A stretch of DNA of 64,000 bases from positions 16,368,001-16,432,000 of the forward strand of contig NC_043005.1 of assembly GCF_006345805.1 (NCBI RefSeq), in the 5' to 3' direction. Of this stretch, positions 24,430-37,024 are shown piece by piece. Each line of letters begins with the position of its first letter. Within the stretch, counting starts at the first letter, position 1. The position numbers were made by a program, and so were the translations under genes. Below the pieces are notes generated by a model that was not told where the DNA came from, did no database searches, and saw only the letters and a program-made list of their open reading frames with translations. The stretch comes from Octopus sinensis. Its lineage: Eukaryota.

Positions 24430-25079
24430 TATACTCTTTTAGATGTTTCAGTCATTTGACTGTGGCCATGCTGGAGCACTGCCTTTAATCAGGCAAATCA
24501 ACCCCAGGACTTATTCTTTGTAAGCCTAGTACTTATTCTATCGGTCTCTTTTGCTGAACCGCTAAGTTACGGGGACGTAAACACACCAGCATCAGTTGTC
24601 AAACAATGTTGTGGGACAAACACACACATACATACATATATATACACATATATACAATGGGCTTCTTTCAGTTTCCGTCAACGCCTATAGGAGTTAAGAA
24701 CTTTTGTTAGTGTTGATCAGAATTTTATTCAACACGAAGATCTTAGTGCCTTAGACAGTTTCCTAGTTTATGTAGTATGAAGTGTTAATCCTGAACATAC
24801 ATACAAATTATTTATTTTTTATGTTTTCTTTAGGTTTTGGTTTTTGTACTTCTAAATTAACCTATGAGAAAATAAAAAATATTCTATGGAACAATTGATA
24901 AAACAAGTTTTTAACTGGAGAATTACAATTAAGTTACACTACTGGAACAGCCTGGTTCACATTGGGAAGACTAGTTGCAAATAATAGATAAAAATATCAC
25001 AAGACCACTGACTCCCAGTCACATTGTGTAGGTGTTTAGTTGAGGAGAAAGAGAGAGAGGGAGTGTGTGTATGTGCATG

Positions 25080-26230
25080 ATGAAGTGAAGAAAATGTGTG
25101 TGTGGGTGCATATATATATGTGTGTGTGTGCGTGTGTATGTCTGTGTGTGTGTATGTATGTATGTATAGATATATATGTGCGTGTGTGTGTGTATGTATA
25201 TATAGATATATATATATATGTATGTACACAGATATATATGTATATATATACATACATATATATGTATGTACCTAGATATATATGTATAGATATACATACA
25301 TATATATGTATACACATACATATATGTATACACATACATATATGTATATACATACATACATATATATGTATATACATACATATATATGTTTATACATACA
25401 TATATATATATATGTACATGCATATATACATATATGCATATACATACATATATATGTATATACATACATATATGTATATATATATATACATGTATATACA
25501 TATATATTTGTATATATATATATACACATGTATACACATATATATACATATATACATATATACATATATACATATATATATATACATATATATACACATA
25601 TATATACATATATACACATATATATACACATATATATATATATATATAACATATACATACATAGTTGAAATTTGCAGAAAAACAAAAGACAAAGACAGGT
25701 GTGTAAACAACGTGTATTAGTTTATACATATATATACATGTATAGACATATATATATACACACATATGTATTATATATATACATATGTATAGACATATAT
25801 GTATATACACATATATAATACAATATATCTATATATATATATACAATATATATACAATATATATATATATATAATACAATATAGTAATATATATATATAT
25901 ACATATATACATATATATATACAATATATATATATATAACATACAATATATATATATATAATATATACATATATATATAATATATATATATACAATATAT
26001 ATACAATATATATATATATACATACAATATATATACAATATATATATATATATATACATACAATATATATATATATATATACATACATATATATATATAT
26101 ATATACATGTATATATATGTATAAATGTATATACATTTATACATATATATACACATATATATATAATATATATATATATATGTATATATAAAAATATATG
26201 TGTGTGTGTGTGTGTGTGAGTGGTATATGG

Positions 26231-26285
<55 letters not shown>
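25080..26285. repeat. Very long compound (TA)/(TACA)/(TG) microsatellite arrays
   Basis: Directly visible, interrupted by a short unique stretch at ~25660-25720. Confidence 0.97.
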
Positions 26286-26287
<2 letters not shown>

Positions 26288-26360
26288 ATACTCAGATACA
26301 CACGTGAACAAATAAATACAAAATCTAAGCATGTACTCACTCATTTATATATATATATAT

Positions 26361-26601
26361 ATTATAAGAAATGAGGTACTCAGAAATCCACATTGTTTTA
26401 TATTTACAGATATTTATTAGTATGTTACATGTTTTTATATATCATATATTAGCACTTTCGTCTATTCTAGTGGAGTCTTCAAATTGAAGACTCCGCTAAT
26501 ATGTGATATATGATATATGATATATAAAAACATGCGACATGGTAATAAATTTCTGTGAATATAAAACCATCCAGATTTCTGAGTACCTCATTTCTTCTAA
26601 T
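26361..26601. mobile_element. Palindromic MITE-like element
   Basis: Terminal inverted repeats ATAAGAAATGAGGTACTCAGAAATC / GATTTCTGAGTACCTCATTTCTT and a central hairpin TAGTGGAGTCTTCAA-A-TTGAAGACTCCGCTA. Confidence 0.8.
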
Positions 26602-26654
26602 ATATAATACCTGTACATCATCTCCAAACCTTCTAATATATATATATATACAGT

Positions 26655-26860
26655 TAATCCAAACATGAAAACACAAAGAGAAAACACAAAAACGCAAGGA
26701 CGTGGAATAAGTATAGTATCATTGGACGCTCAGGAAAGAAGGAAAGAAGGAGGGTTTAACGCTTCAAGCGGAGCACTTTGTCAGAAACATAGGAAAAGGA
26801 AAGATCCAAAGAAGAGAAGACGGAGGAAAAAAATTGCCAACGGTACACACGTGGTCACAT
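26655..26860 (-). mobile_element. Short Penelope-like terminal-repeat-derived element with a decayed minimal hammerhead at 26754-26788
   Basis: Homolog of 18222-18398. The minus strand reads GTTT-CTGACAA-A-GTGC-TCC-GCTT-GAAG-CG-T-T-AAAC. Confidence 0.65.
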
Positions 26861-26999
26861 ATATATATATATATATATATACACATAATAACAAAGGGTA
26901 AAATTAATTAATTAACTAGTAATCAATAATTTCACCAAGTAGAATTCGGCATGAAAAAGGACCATTTCACGGTAAATTTAAGCAATATTTATATACATA

Positions 27000-27418
27000 G
27001 GCGCAGGAGTGGCTGTGTGGTAAGTAGCTTGCTAACAAACCACATGGTTCCAGGTTCAGTCCCACTGCATGGCATCTCGGGCAAGTGTCTTCTGCTATAG
27101 CCCCAGACCAACCAATGCCTTGTGAGTGGATTTGGTAGACGGAAACTGAAAGAAGCCTGTCGTATATATGTATATATATATATGTATGTGTGTGTGTGTG
27201 TTTGTGTGTCTGTGTTTGTACCCCTAGCATTGCCTGACGACCGATGCTGGTGTGTTTACGTCCCCGTCACTTAGCGGTTCAGCAAAAGGGACCGATAGAA
27301 TAAGTACTGGGCTTACAAAGAATAAGTCCCGGGGCGATTTGGTCGACTAAAGGCTGTGCTCCAGCATGGCTGCAGTCAAATGACTGAAACAAGTAAAAGA
27401 GTAAAAGAGTAAAGAGTA
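27000..27418 (+). mobile_element. tRNA-derived SINE family A, full-length
   Basis: GGCGCAGGAGTGGCTGTGTGGTAAGTAGCTTGC...GGTTCAGTCCCACTGC...CAGTCAAATGACTGAAACAAG followed by a (TAAAAGAG)n tail. Confidence 0.92.
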
Positions 27419-28215
27419 TATACATACATACATAGATATTTAAGTAATATATATATATACATACATAGACAGACAAAGAGACACAATGTATTTAGTCCAT
27501 ATCAATAAATTATCAAGCAAAGTTATACGTCCCACTTAAAAAATCTATCTTCACTGGATTAAACAATCTAAAGAAGAACAATCCAAAAATGTAAGCAACA
27601 GACTAAGAATCCCTACACAATTCCAAAATCAAATGTCTAAGAACCTGCAAAAAAAAAAAATCAAACTAAAATAAGTCTACCACAAACAAAAAACTACGAA
27701 GCTCCACCATTAAAACTTATTTACATATAAACAACCATACCTACAAAATATAATTTACACACAGCTGGCTCTGTGGTGTGGTCCACTTATCAATCAGAAA
27801 CATAAACCATAATGAAGTTAGCATATTCCAGCAGTGTCCATTCTTTTGGCAGTGCCAAGCTGTCCTGATGCTACTATAAAATGGGTAGGTTCTTTCTTAT
27901 TACTTTCACCGTTTCACGATCTTTTTTTTTCTGTTAATCTTCATTCAGTCGGAATATTAAACCAGGTACAGCTGTAAACTACACCACACAATCGACTGCT
28001 TTTGTTTTTGTTCGTGACTACAATATGTTCTTTAGTGTCAATGCTGCTCATCATGTCACATGTTTCACCATATCCATGATACATATGTGTGTATGTGTGT
28101 GTATGTGTGTATGTGTGTGTATGTATGTATGTATGTATGTATATATTATATATATATACATATGCATATATACAACAAATTCATACAATCACATATATAA
28201 GTACGTGTGTGTATG

Positions 28216-28249
<34 letters not shown>

Positions 28250-28251
28250 TG

Positions 28252-28289
<38 letters not shown>

Positions 28290-28416
28290 CATACACACAT
28301 ATATATATACACACACACACATATATATGTACACACACATGTATACATATATATACATTTATAAATATACACACATAAATACACATTTAAATATGTGTTC
28401 ACATACACACACACAC

Positions 28417-28460
<44 letters not shown>

Positions 28461-28887
28461 TGTACACATGCATACATTCATGTGTGTGTATATGTGAATC
28501 GATATTTCCCAGATAACGAGATTGATTAACTTGTTCAACAGGGTAGTCGAGAAATTTTAATTTGTAAAGTATTTAGTTCTATATATTACAGCCTTCTTTT
28601 TTTTTTTTTTTTTTTTTTGTTAATATTTCCTTTCAGATTCTCCTCACAAGAGGAAAAAAAAAATTCTCAGTGGACATGAATACTTTGAAAGAACCATAAT
28701 GATTAGAACTGAAAAAGCTACCGGTCAATGGAAGCAAGACACTCAGGACTGTTCAGTTCTGATTTACTCCAATTCTCATGAGCTCATTGACAACAATCTT
28801 TGAGGTGTAGCCTTTTTCTCAGAGCAATGTATACATTCAATAGAACCGATTTCGATTTCCTGACACTGAGAAATGCCAATGATACGT

Positions 28888-29205
28888 ACACAGGAGTGGC
28901 TTCAGGTGCACGAGTGGTTGTTTGGTAAGTAGCTTGCTAACCAACCACATGGTTCCGGATTCAGTCCCACTGCGTGGCACCTTGGGCATGTGTATTCTAC
29001 TATAACCTTAGGCTGACTAAAGCCTTATGAGTGGATTTGGGAGATGAAAATTAAAAGAATCCCATCTACCAAATCCACTCACAAGGCTTTTGTCGGCTCA
29101 AGGCTATAGTAGAAGACACTTGCCAAAGGTGCCATGCAGGGGGACTGAACCCAGAACTATGTGGTTGGTAAGCAAGTTACTTACCACACAGCCACTTTTG
29201 CACCT
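28888..29205. mobile_element. Two truncated family A SINE heads joined tail-to-tail (inverted pair)
   Basis: 28924-29046 is the approximate reverse complement of 29063-29185, with a ~16 nt spacer. Confidence 0.85.
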
Positions 29206-29358
29206 ATGAAATATCAAATATATATTTTGATATTTTGTCTATTTGGTCATTTTTGCAGGCCACTTTATCGTTATTTTTGAAAGAAGATAACTTATTTGAA
29301 TTTTGAATATATGTATATATATAAAAGTTACGGAATTAAGTAGATAATATCCAGGCTA

Positions 29359-29574
29359 CATATGTTTCATAGCAAGTGGAACCTTGGAAGTGGTAAATAT
29401 CCAGGTGAGGTGTATACCGCAGGCTAAGCTTCAGGCCAAGGATATCTTGATTAAATAAAAGTTAATTTCGTCACAAGGAGGTACATGGACAGGTAGCCTG
29501 AAGAGTAGCCTGTGATATACACTTCACTTGAATAATTTACCACTTCCAAGGTTCCGTTTGCTATAAAACATATG
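29359..29574. mobile_element. MITE with ~78 bp imperfect terminal inverted repeats
   Basis: CATATGTTTCATAGCAAGTGGAACCTTGGAAGTGGTAAAT...CTTCAGGC (29359-29436) versus GCCTGAAG...ATTTACCACTTCCAAGGTTCCGTTTGCTATAAAACATATG (29496-29574). Confidence 0.85.
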
Positions 29575-29728
29575 CATATTAAAATTAAAATAACAATAAA
29601 ATACCAATGATTAAGTAAATTTCAAAAAAAAAATAATAAAAATGTATATATTTGGTTATTTTAATTTTACTATTTCTATTATATGTAATTTAATTGTTCA
29701 TTTTGAATTGATAAAAGGTGGTTCTTTG

Positions 29729-29774
<46 letters not shown>

Positions 29775-30403
29775 CGTGATCATCATGACCGACCAGGCTG
29801 TCAGATGTTGCTAGACATTGCTGGTCACAATGCGCTTCGCATTGTTTTGGCCTTCAAATGATGCCACTTCGCTGGCCATATATGTGTGTGTGTGTGTATG
29901 TGTGTGTGTATCCATTTGATTGATGTAGAAATATCTAGCAACTGTTGTTAAAAGAAATTATATACTAGCATATAACATATATACATATACACAAACATTC
30001 ATCTATACACACATACATGCCCAACACACACATATACAAACAAAATACACACACACATTTAAAATGTAAAAGGATTATAAAAAAAAATAGTGCAATTCAC
30101 CTGATTACATGGAGACCAGTGGAAGTACAAGTGGACTGACTTAGAAGTATATGGAAGTGTATAAATAGCCTAGCATTTATATACATAGCCTAGTAGAGGA
30201 TAGGTTTCGAACTACAGATCATAGGTAAACAGGAAGAGTGAAAGTGAGGGAGAGAAAGAGAGAATAAGAGAGAAGGTGAAGGAGAGGCTTGTTCAAAACA
30301 AAAGGACAGTGGGTTGGTTGTTTTGTGTGCAATCAGTCAACTATAACAAAAGTAGACATGACTCACACACACATGCACTTCCCACATAAATATGCATGTG
30401 TGC

Positions 30404-30478
<75 letters not shown>

Positions 30479-30931
30479 AAATACAAAATGGGAAAAGAAC
30501 GCAAAACATCCGGACAACTAGGTGATACAAAAAGGGACTACAAAACATCCAGATAGACAATACAAAAAAACACAAGGACGGGTCATTCAAAGCTTTCTGT
30601 CCTCAGTCAAGAACCAGATCATCCTCGCAATTTCAGCTGACTAATCTTGAGATTGCTCCAAACTAGCCAGCCCCAAGGAAAAACTAAGTTAAGAGCATTA
30701 GATTCCTTGGACGAAAGCTTCAAATGTATACAAAAACAAGGACGGAAAAACTGACAATGTTACACAAATATAAATACAATATAAATACAATAAAAATAAT
30801 AATAACAGGACATAACAACAAGTGTCTTTCAACTGGGGACGAATTGAATTAAGCTGGCTTGTGTGGTAATGAAGCCTTACGGCAGAGATACAAGAGTTTC
30901 ACAGACACAGGGAAGAATATCGATGTTGCAT

Positions 30932-30974
<43 letters not shown>

Positions 30975-31454
30975 TACACAGAAATGCACACAGCTGGTGT
31001 AATGTATATCTACACACATTATAGATGCAGGTGTGGCTGTGTGGTAAGCTGTTTGCTCTCCAACTACATGGTTCCGGGTTCAGCCAGCCGACTATGTGGC
31101 ACCTTGGTCAAGTGTCTGCTACTATAGTCTTGAGCCGACAAACGCCATGCGAGTGAATTCAGTAGAGGAAAACTGAAAGCAGCCTATCATGTATATGTGT
31201 GTCTTTATATCTGTCACTACTTGCCAACCGGTGTTGGTCTGTTTATGTCTCCCATAACTTAGTGGTTTGGCAAAAGAGACTGATAGAATAAGTACCAGGT
31301 TTTAAAAAAGATAAACACGGGGGTTGATTCATTTGATTAAAAACTCTTCAAGGCCACAGTCTAGTAATTGAAACAAGCAGAATTTAAAAGGTATACATAT
31401 GTACTACATGTATGTATATGTAAATAAGTGTGCGTATATGTATATCATGCTGCT

Positions 31455-32020
31455 GCCACATGAAAAGCATCTAGTCCACACTGTAAAGTGGTTGGCATTT
31501 GGAAGGGCATCTGGCTGTAGAAACCTTGCCAAAATTGACCTCGCCTGAACTTGTGCCACATATAAAGCACTCAGTCCACTCTGCTGGGTGGTTGGTGTTA
31601 GGAAGGGCATCCAGCAGTAAAAACCTTGCCAAAACTGACCTCCCCCGTGCTTGTGCCACATACAAAACACCCAATCCACTCTACTGGGTGGTTGGTGTTA
31701 GGAAGGGCATCCAGCTGTAAAAACCTTGCCAAAACTGACCTCCCCTGTGCTTGTGCCACATACACAAAACACTCAGTCCACTCTGCTGGGTGGTTGGTGT
31801 TAGGAAGGGCATCCAGCTGTAAAAACCGTGCCAAAACTGACCTCCCCCATGCTTGTGCCACATACAAAACACCCAGTCCACTCTACTGGGTGGTTGGTGT
31901 TAGGAAGGGCATCTAGCTGTAAAAACCCTGCCAAAACAGACACAGAAGTCTGGTGCAGTCTCCTACCTGGCCAGCTTCTGTCAAACTGTTCAACCCATGG
32001 AAGCAGACATTAAACAATGA
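31455..32020 (+). repeat. Family C retroposon with five tandem ~100 bp internal units
   Basis: GGAAGGGCAT occurs at 31501, 31601, 31701, 31803 and 31903, followed by the family C 3' end and (GAT)n. Confidence 0.9.
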
Positions 32021-32149
32021 TGATGATGATTATGACCATGATATATAAAAACACACATATACACACAGCATGTATGTATATGTAAATACATATATATCAC
32101 AGTATTGACCAGACAATCAGATATTGTTATACATCACTGATCACAATGC

Positions 32150-32420
32150 AATTCCAGTTCTTTCTTGAATGCACCATTCTTTTCCATCTTGACCTAAATT
32201 AGTTGATTAAATCATCTTCTAATTGTCATGGTAGTCTTCGAAGTGGCCTTTTCCGATTTCATGGATATCACTCAGCAACTGGACGGAGCCAAATGTTGTC
32301 TGTGAACTTTGCAGCATGTCGGGTCTGGCGGAGCTTGTGATTTCTGTATTCTACAATCAAATCATTGACTCTGCTCTGTTCTTCAATTATCTCATTTTGA
32401 ATATGTTCTCATAATGATAT
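32150..32420 (-). mobile_element. Decayed RTE-type LINE RT C-terminus
   Basis: IEEQSRVNDLIVEYRNHKLRQTRHAAKFTDNIWLRPVAE*YP*NRKRPLRRLP*QLEDD corresponds to 'IRERTKV.DII..YR..K.RWAGHVARFTDNRW...V.EWYP...KRP.GRP..RWED'. Confidence 0.75.
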
Positions 32421-32522
32421 TCATAGCAGGGAACTTTCCATGGGCCTTTACCTCATAACCAATCAATGTTTTATTCTCATCAAACTACTACTACTACAAC
32501 TACTACTAATACTATGAAGAGG

Positions 32523-32566
<44 letters not shown>

Positions 32567-32811
32567 ATATATATACTTTTATTCTTTTACTTGTTTCAGT
32601 CATTTAACTGCAGCCATGCTGGAGCACTGTCTTTAGTCGAGCAAATCGACCCCAGGACTTATTCTATCAGTTTCTTTTACTGAACCACTAAGTTACAGGG
32701 ATATAAACACACCAGTACTGGTTATCGAGTGATGGTGGTGGTGAGCAAACAGATACACAAATACACACACACACACTTACATATATATATGTATATACAT
32801 GCAAGATCATG

Positions 32812-33030
32812 GGTTCAATTCCAAGACAGAGCAGTACCTAGTGTTTCTGAGCAAAACACTTCATTACACATTGCTCCAGTTCACTCAGATGTAAACGAAT
32901 AACCCTGCAATGGACTAATCTTCCAATCAGGGAGAAAGTTGGCCTGCTTGCCTAAGCAGCGGGACAGCATCACACAAAAGCTAAAACAATACAAAGTGCA
33001 TTGTGACTAACAACATCTGATAGTCTGGTC
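32812..33030 (+). mobile_element. tRNA-derived SINE family E (Meta-like core), partial
   Basis: GGGTTCAATTCC B box, then TTGCTCCAGTTCACTCAGATGTAAA..AACCCTGCAATGGACTA. Relatives lie at ~29775-29880(-), ~35215-35310(-), ~55746-55950(+) and ~60545-60765(-). Confidence 0.65.
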
Positions 33031-33370
33031 ACTTACATGATATATTATCATCATCATCATCATATAATGTCCATTGTCGATGCTGGTGTGCGTTAGATAG
33101 TTTGACCAGGGACGGTAAGCTGAGGGACTGCACCAGACTCCAGTCTGATTTGGCATGGTTTCTACAGCTGGATGCCCTTCCTAACGCCAACCACTCCAAG
33201 AGTGTAATGGATGCTTTCAAGTGCCACCGGCATGGGTGCCATTTGCACAACACCAGTATCTGCTATAACTGCAATTTCACTTGGATTGATGGATCTTCTC
33301 AAGCACAGCATAATGCCAAAGGTCTCAGTCATTCGGCATTGTCTCTTTGAGGCCCAACATACAAAAGGTT

Positions 33371-33414
<44 letters not shown>

Positions 33415-33419
<5 letters not shown>

Positions 33420-34087
33420 TCACCATCGTCGTTTAACGTCCGTTCTCCATGCTAGCATGGGTTGGATGGTTCGACCGGGGTTCTGGGAAGCCAGAAGGCT
33501 GCACCAGGCTCCAGTCTAATCTGGCAATGTTTCTACAGCTGGATGCCCTTCCTAACGCCAACCACTCCGTGAGTGTAGTGGGTGCTTTTTACGTGCCACC
33601 TGCACAGGTGCCAGGCGGGGCTGGCAACGGCCACGGTCAGATTGGTGTATTTTATGTGCCACCGGCACGGAAGCCAGTCGAGGCGGTGCTGGCATCGGCC
33701 ACGAGTCGGATAGTGCTTTTTACGTACCACCAGACCAGGGATCCTGGCTGGTTCAATTCGATTTCGATTTCGCTTGCCCCAACATGTCCTCACAAGCAAA
33801 GGGGGTTGGCATGGGTGCCTGTCGTACGGTCGCATTGGAGTATTTTACGTGCCACGGCCACGAGTCGGATAGTGCTTTTTACGTACCACCAGACCAGGGA
33901 TCCTGGCTGGTTCAATTCGATTTCGATTTCGCTTGCCCCAACATGTCTTCACAAGCAAAGGGGGTTGGCATGGGTGCCTGTTGTACGGTCGCATTGGAGT
34001 ATTTTGCGTGCCACGGCCACGAGTCGGATAGTGCTTTTTACGTACCACCAGGCCAGGGATCCTGGCTGGTTCAATTCGGTTTCGATT
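33415..34087 (-). repeat. Family C retroposon with a 159 bp unit repeated ~2.4 times
   Basis: ACGAGTCGGATAGTGC occurs at 33701, 33860 and 34019; the units are nearly identical. Confidence 0.9.
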
Positions 34088-34362
34088 TATATATATATAT
34101 ATATATAAAAAGATTAATATGTAAGACAGAATGTAACCAGAAGCACAATGTGTCTTGTAACACTCCATCTTCTGTATTAATCTTTTAAACTATACCCTAC
34201 GTGCACCTTGGAAGTTCTGATGAAAATCCAGCAATGAAAGCACAGTATTACTGATGATGCCTACCAACTGATGCTGGCAGTTTGTTCCATACTTCAGCAA
34301 CTCTTAGTGTGAAAAAATGTTTCCGAAAGTCATGGGAGCTGTAAACATTAATTCATTACCTC

Positions 34363-34397
<35 letters not shown>

Positions 34398-34398
<1 letters not shown>

Positions 34399-34668
34399 TT
34401 ATAAGTAAGGGCAAAAGAAAAAAATTTCTAATGCCAAAATATGCCGAAAATAGACGCAACGTCAATAACCATGTAATTTATCACTACAAGCACGTGGTTA
34501 TAGATGCTGTGTCTATTTTCGGCATATTTTGGCATTAGAAATTTTTTCTTTTGCCTTTACTTATAAATTGTTTATAAATTTAACCTTTAAAGGTATTTTT
34601 TAATATGCTGGCCATTAATAGAATATTTTTCGAAAAATTTTATCCAACATTAGATGTTAATTTTATAT
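34398..34668. mobile_element. (TA)n-flanked element with a long terminal hairpin (same family as 61878-62167)
   Basis: Arms 34398-34455 and 34511-34567 (TTTATAAGTAAGGGCAAAAG...GCCGAAAATAGAC / GTCTATTTTCGGC...CTTTTGCCTTTACTTATAAA), plus a ~100 bp unique tail. Confidence 0.8.
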
Positions 34669-34717
34669 AAATATATATATATAGTAAAAGAGTAAAATAT
34701 AGAGTAAAAGAGTAAGA

Positions 34718-34815
<98 letters not shown>

Positions 34816-35587
34816 GCATAGATACATATGTATATGTACATACTTACATCTATATGTATATATACATGCATATGTGGGCACAGGACATCATGAAACATGT
34901 CAAAAAGAAAGTACATAGCACAAATACATGGAACATGAACTATTCTTTCGAACACCGAAAAACACAAATAGAAAACAAACAAACATAAAGAACAAACCTT
35001 CATCAGTTGTTGGCTGTTTATTTTCCCATCAAAGACAATGTATGAGCATTCAGCTTTTGCCGAACAGCCTTCACAAATGATTTGTTTATAGTGATCAAAT
35101 GTATGTGCTGGACATTAGCTCAATCTCTCCATCAAATCAACATTGCCTCAACTGGTGAACTATGTACCACACGTCAAGTGTCAAAGTGATTGCAAAACAT
35201 TGTGAGATGAAGAGTTTTGCTCAAGAAGACAAGGCATCACTGGTCTAGGAATTGAAACCATGATCACATGATCATGAGTGCACCAGCCTAACCACTAAGC
35301 CATGCACCCTCAGTAGTGAAATAGTTAGTTTTAACTGCTATTTCTAAATTTCGGTATGTGGTGAAGCAAATTTTTGCTGAACCCTAATTATAATTATACT
35401 CATAATTATAAAAAAAATTTTGTATAAGTTTACTGATAATGGTTCTTTTAACATATCGAACTACTTGGTAAAATTATTAATTACTGATTAATTAATTAAT
35501 TTTACCCTTTATTATTATTGACATATATATATATATATATATATATATTGTTTCGAATTTGTGTGAATGTGTATAGAATAATATATA

Positions 35588-35928
35588 AGTTGAATAAAGT
35601 TAAAACATGGTCTGGTGTTCACGTTTTTTACTTTGGTATTTTAACATTAAAAGAAATATTTTGTAATGCTCATTAAATTAAATTAGCACTTTCATATGTA
35701 GAGTAATCATCAGATTTTAAATGTGTTTAAATGACAGTTGAGTTCTAAGATTTATTACAGTTGTCAAGAACTCAACTATCAGTTAAACACATTTGAAATC
35801 TGATGATTACTTTAAGTATGAAAGTGTCAATTTAAACTTTATGAGCATTACATATTTTTTTTTTTCTAATGTTAAAATACCATAATAAAAACCGTGAAAA
35901 CCAGACCATGTTTTAACTTTATTCAACT
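35588..35928. mobile_element. 341 bp fold-back (palindromic) element
   Basis: Arms of ~160 bp (AGTTGAATAAAGTTAAAACATGGTCTGG...GTTGAGTTCT / AGAACTCAAC...CCAGACCATGTTTTAACTTTATTCAACT) around a ~20 nt loop, flanked by TA-rich sequence. Confidence 0.88.
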
Positions 35929-35935
35929 GAATATG

Positions 35936-35966
<31 letters not shown>

Positions 35967-36004
35967 TATTTATATGTATATGTGTGAGTGTGTATTTACA
36001 CACT

Positions 36005-36040
<36 letters not shown>

Positions 36041-36402
36041 CACACACACAGACACACACACAAACACACACACACACAATTACAAGTGTAAAATGCACCA
36101 AAATTAAGCTAAACATTTATTGCAGAACTTCTAATTCTGACATTTCCCTCCCAAATAACCATGCAACCACCACCACCACCACCACCCACCACCATAATCT
36201 ACCAAATGCAACATTTGGCATTCTGCAGATAGATACAACACCAAATAGCAACAACAATAAAAGCACAAATAAGATAACATCTGCTTCCACACAACATTAA
36301 CATGTTAATTCATTCAGCTAACTGCAGACAAGTAAACAGTTTTGGTAATTCTACTGAAAAATGGATTTTCTCAACTTGTTTTCTAAAGGCATAAAAATTA
36401 GT

Positions 36403-36776
36403 GTGGCTGTGTGGTAAGTAGCTTGCTTGCCATCCATATGGTTCTGGGTTCATTCCCACTACATGGCATCTTGGGCAAGTGTCTTCAACTATAGCCTCGG
36501 GCTGACCAAAGCCTTGTGAGTGCATTTGGTAGATGGAAACTGAAAGAAGCCCATCGTATATATGTATATGTATATATGTATGTATGTGTGTGTGCATATG
36601 TTTGTGCGTCTGTGTTTGTCCACCAACATCGCTTGACAACCGATGCTGATGTGTTTATGTCCCCGTAAGTACTATGCTTCCAAAGAATAAGTCCTGGGGT
36701 CGATTTGCTTGACTAAAAGCGGTGCTCTAGCATGGCCGCAGTCAAATGACTGAAATCAGTAAAAGAGTAAAAGAGT
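36403..36776 (+). mobile_element. tRNA-derived SINE family A
   Basis: Colinear with 27000-27418, with a (TAAAAGAG)n tail. Confidence 0.88.
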
Positions 36777-36950
36777 ATATAACTGTATTAGCATTATCAT
36801 GCATTTCAGAATAAATTATTTCCGTATCTTTCAATACATCTCAATGCTTCTGAAGTAAACTTTGTTTTCTTTCATTGTAAGTTGAATTTAACATTAGTGT
36901 CTTACAAAGCTAGATTTCTAAATCCTAAAATTGCAGAACAATTCATAAAT

Positions 36951-37024
36951 GGGCAGTTTAGCTTAAAGGTAAAGCACTTGACACATAATCACAGGGATGT
37001 GAGTTTGAGTCTCGTGGCTGGCTA
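36951..37024 (+). pseudogene. Degenerate tRNA-like sequence (Met-CAT-like pseudogene or orphan SINE head)
   Basis: GGGCAGTTTAGCTTAAAGGTAAAGCACTTGACA-CAT-AATCACAGGGATGTGAGTTTGAGTCTCGT has tRNA spacing with A- and B-box-like motifs, but poor stem pairing. Confidence 0.4.

Noticed and set aside
18400-28500. Many long YI/CV/TH-rich ORFs in the track
   Set aside because: They are translations of (TA)n/(CA)n microsatellites, with no coding signal.
30560-30800. (TA)/(TG)-associated element with CTGAGGA...GAAA on the minus strand; similar weak motif at ~7095-7140
   Set aside because: Helices II and I cannot be formed convincingly. It is possibly a decayed Penelope-type end but unsupported.
31470-31940. 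CRISPR-like regular repeat/spacer pattern (also 52680-53120)
   Set aside because: The 'spacers' are near-identical to each other, the unit is part of a eukaryotic retroposon, and there are no cas genes.
34985-35030. Minus-strand CTGATGAAGG in a Penelope-like terminal fragment
   Set aside because: No stem II partner or GAAAC follows, so no hammerhead can be built from this copy.
35795-35835. CTGATGA-TTAC..GTAT-GAAA-GTGTC resembling a hammerhead inside the fold-back element
   Set aside because: Position 10.1/11.1 is a T-T mismatch, stem I does not pair, and the mirrored arm does not conserve the pairing. Likely chance.
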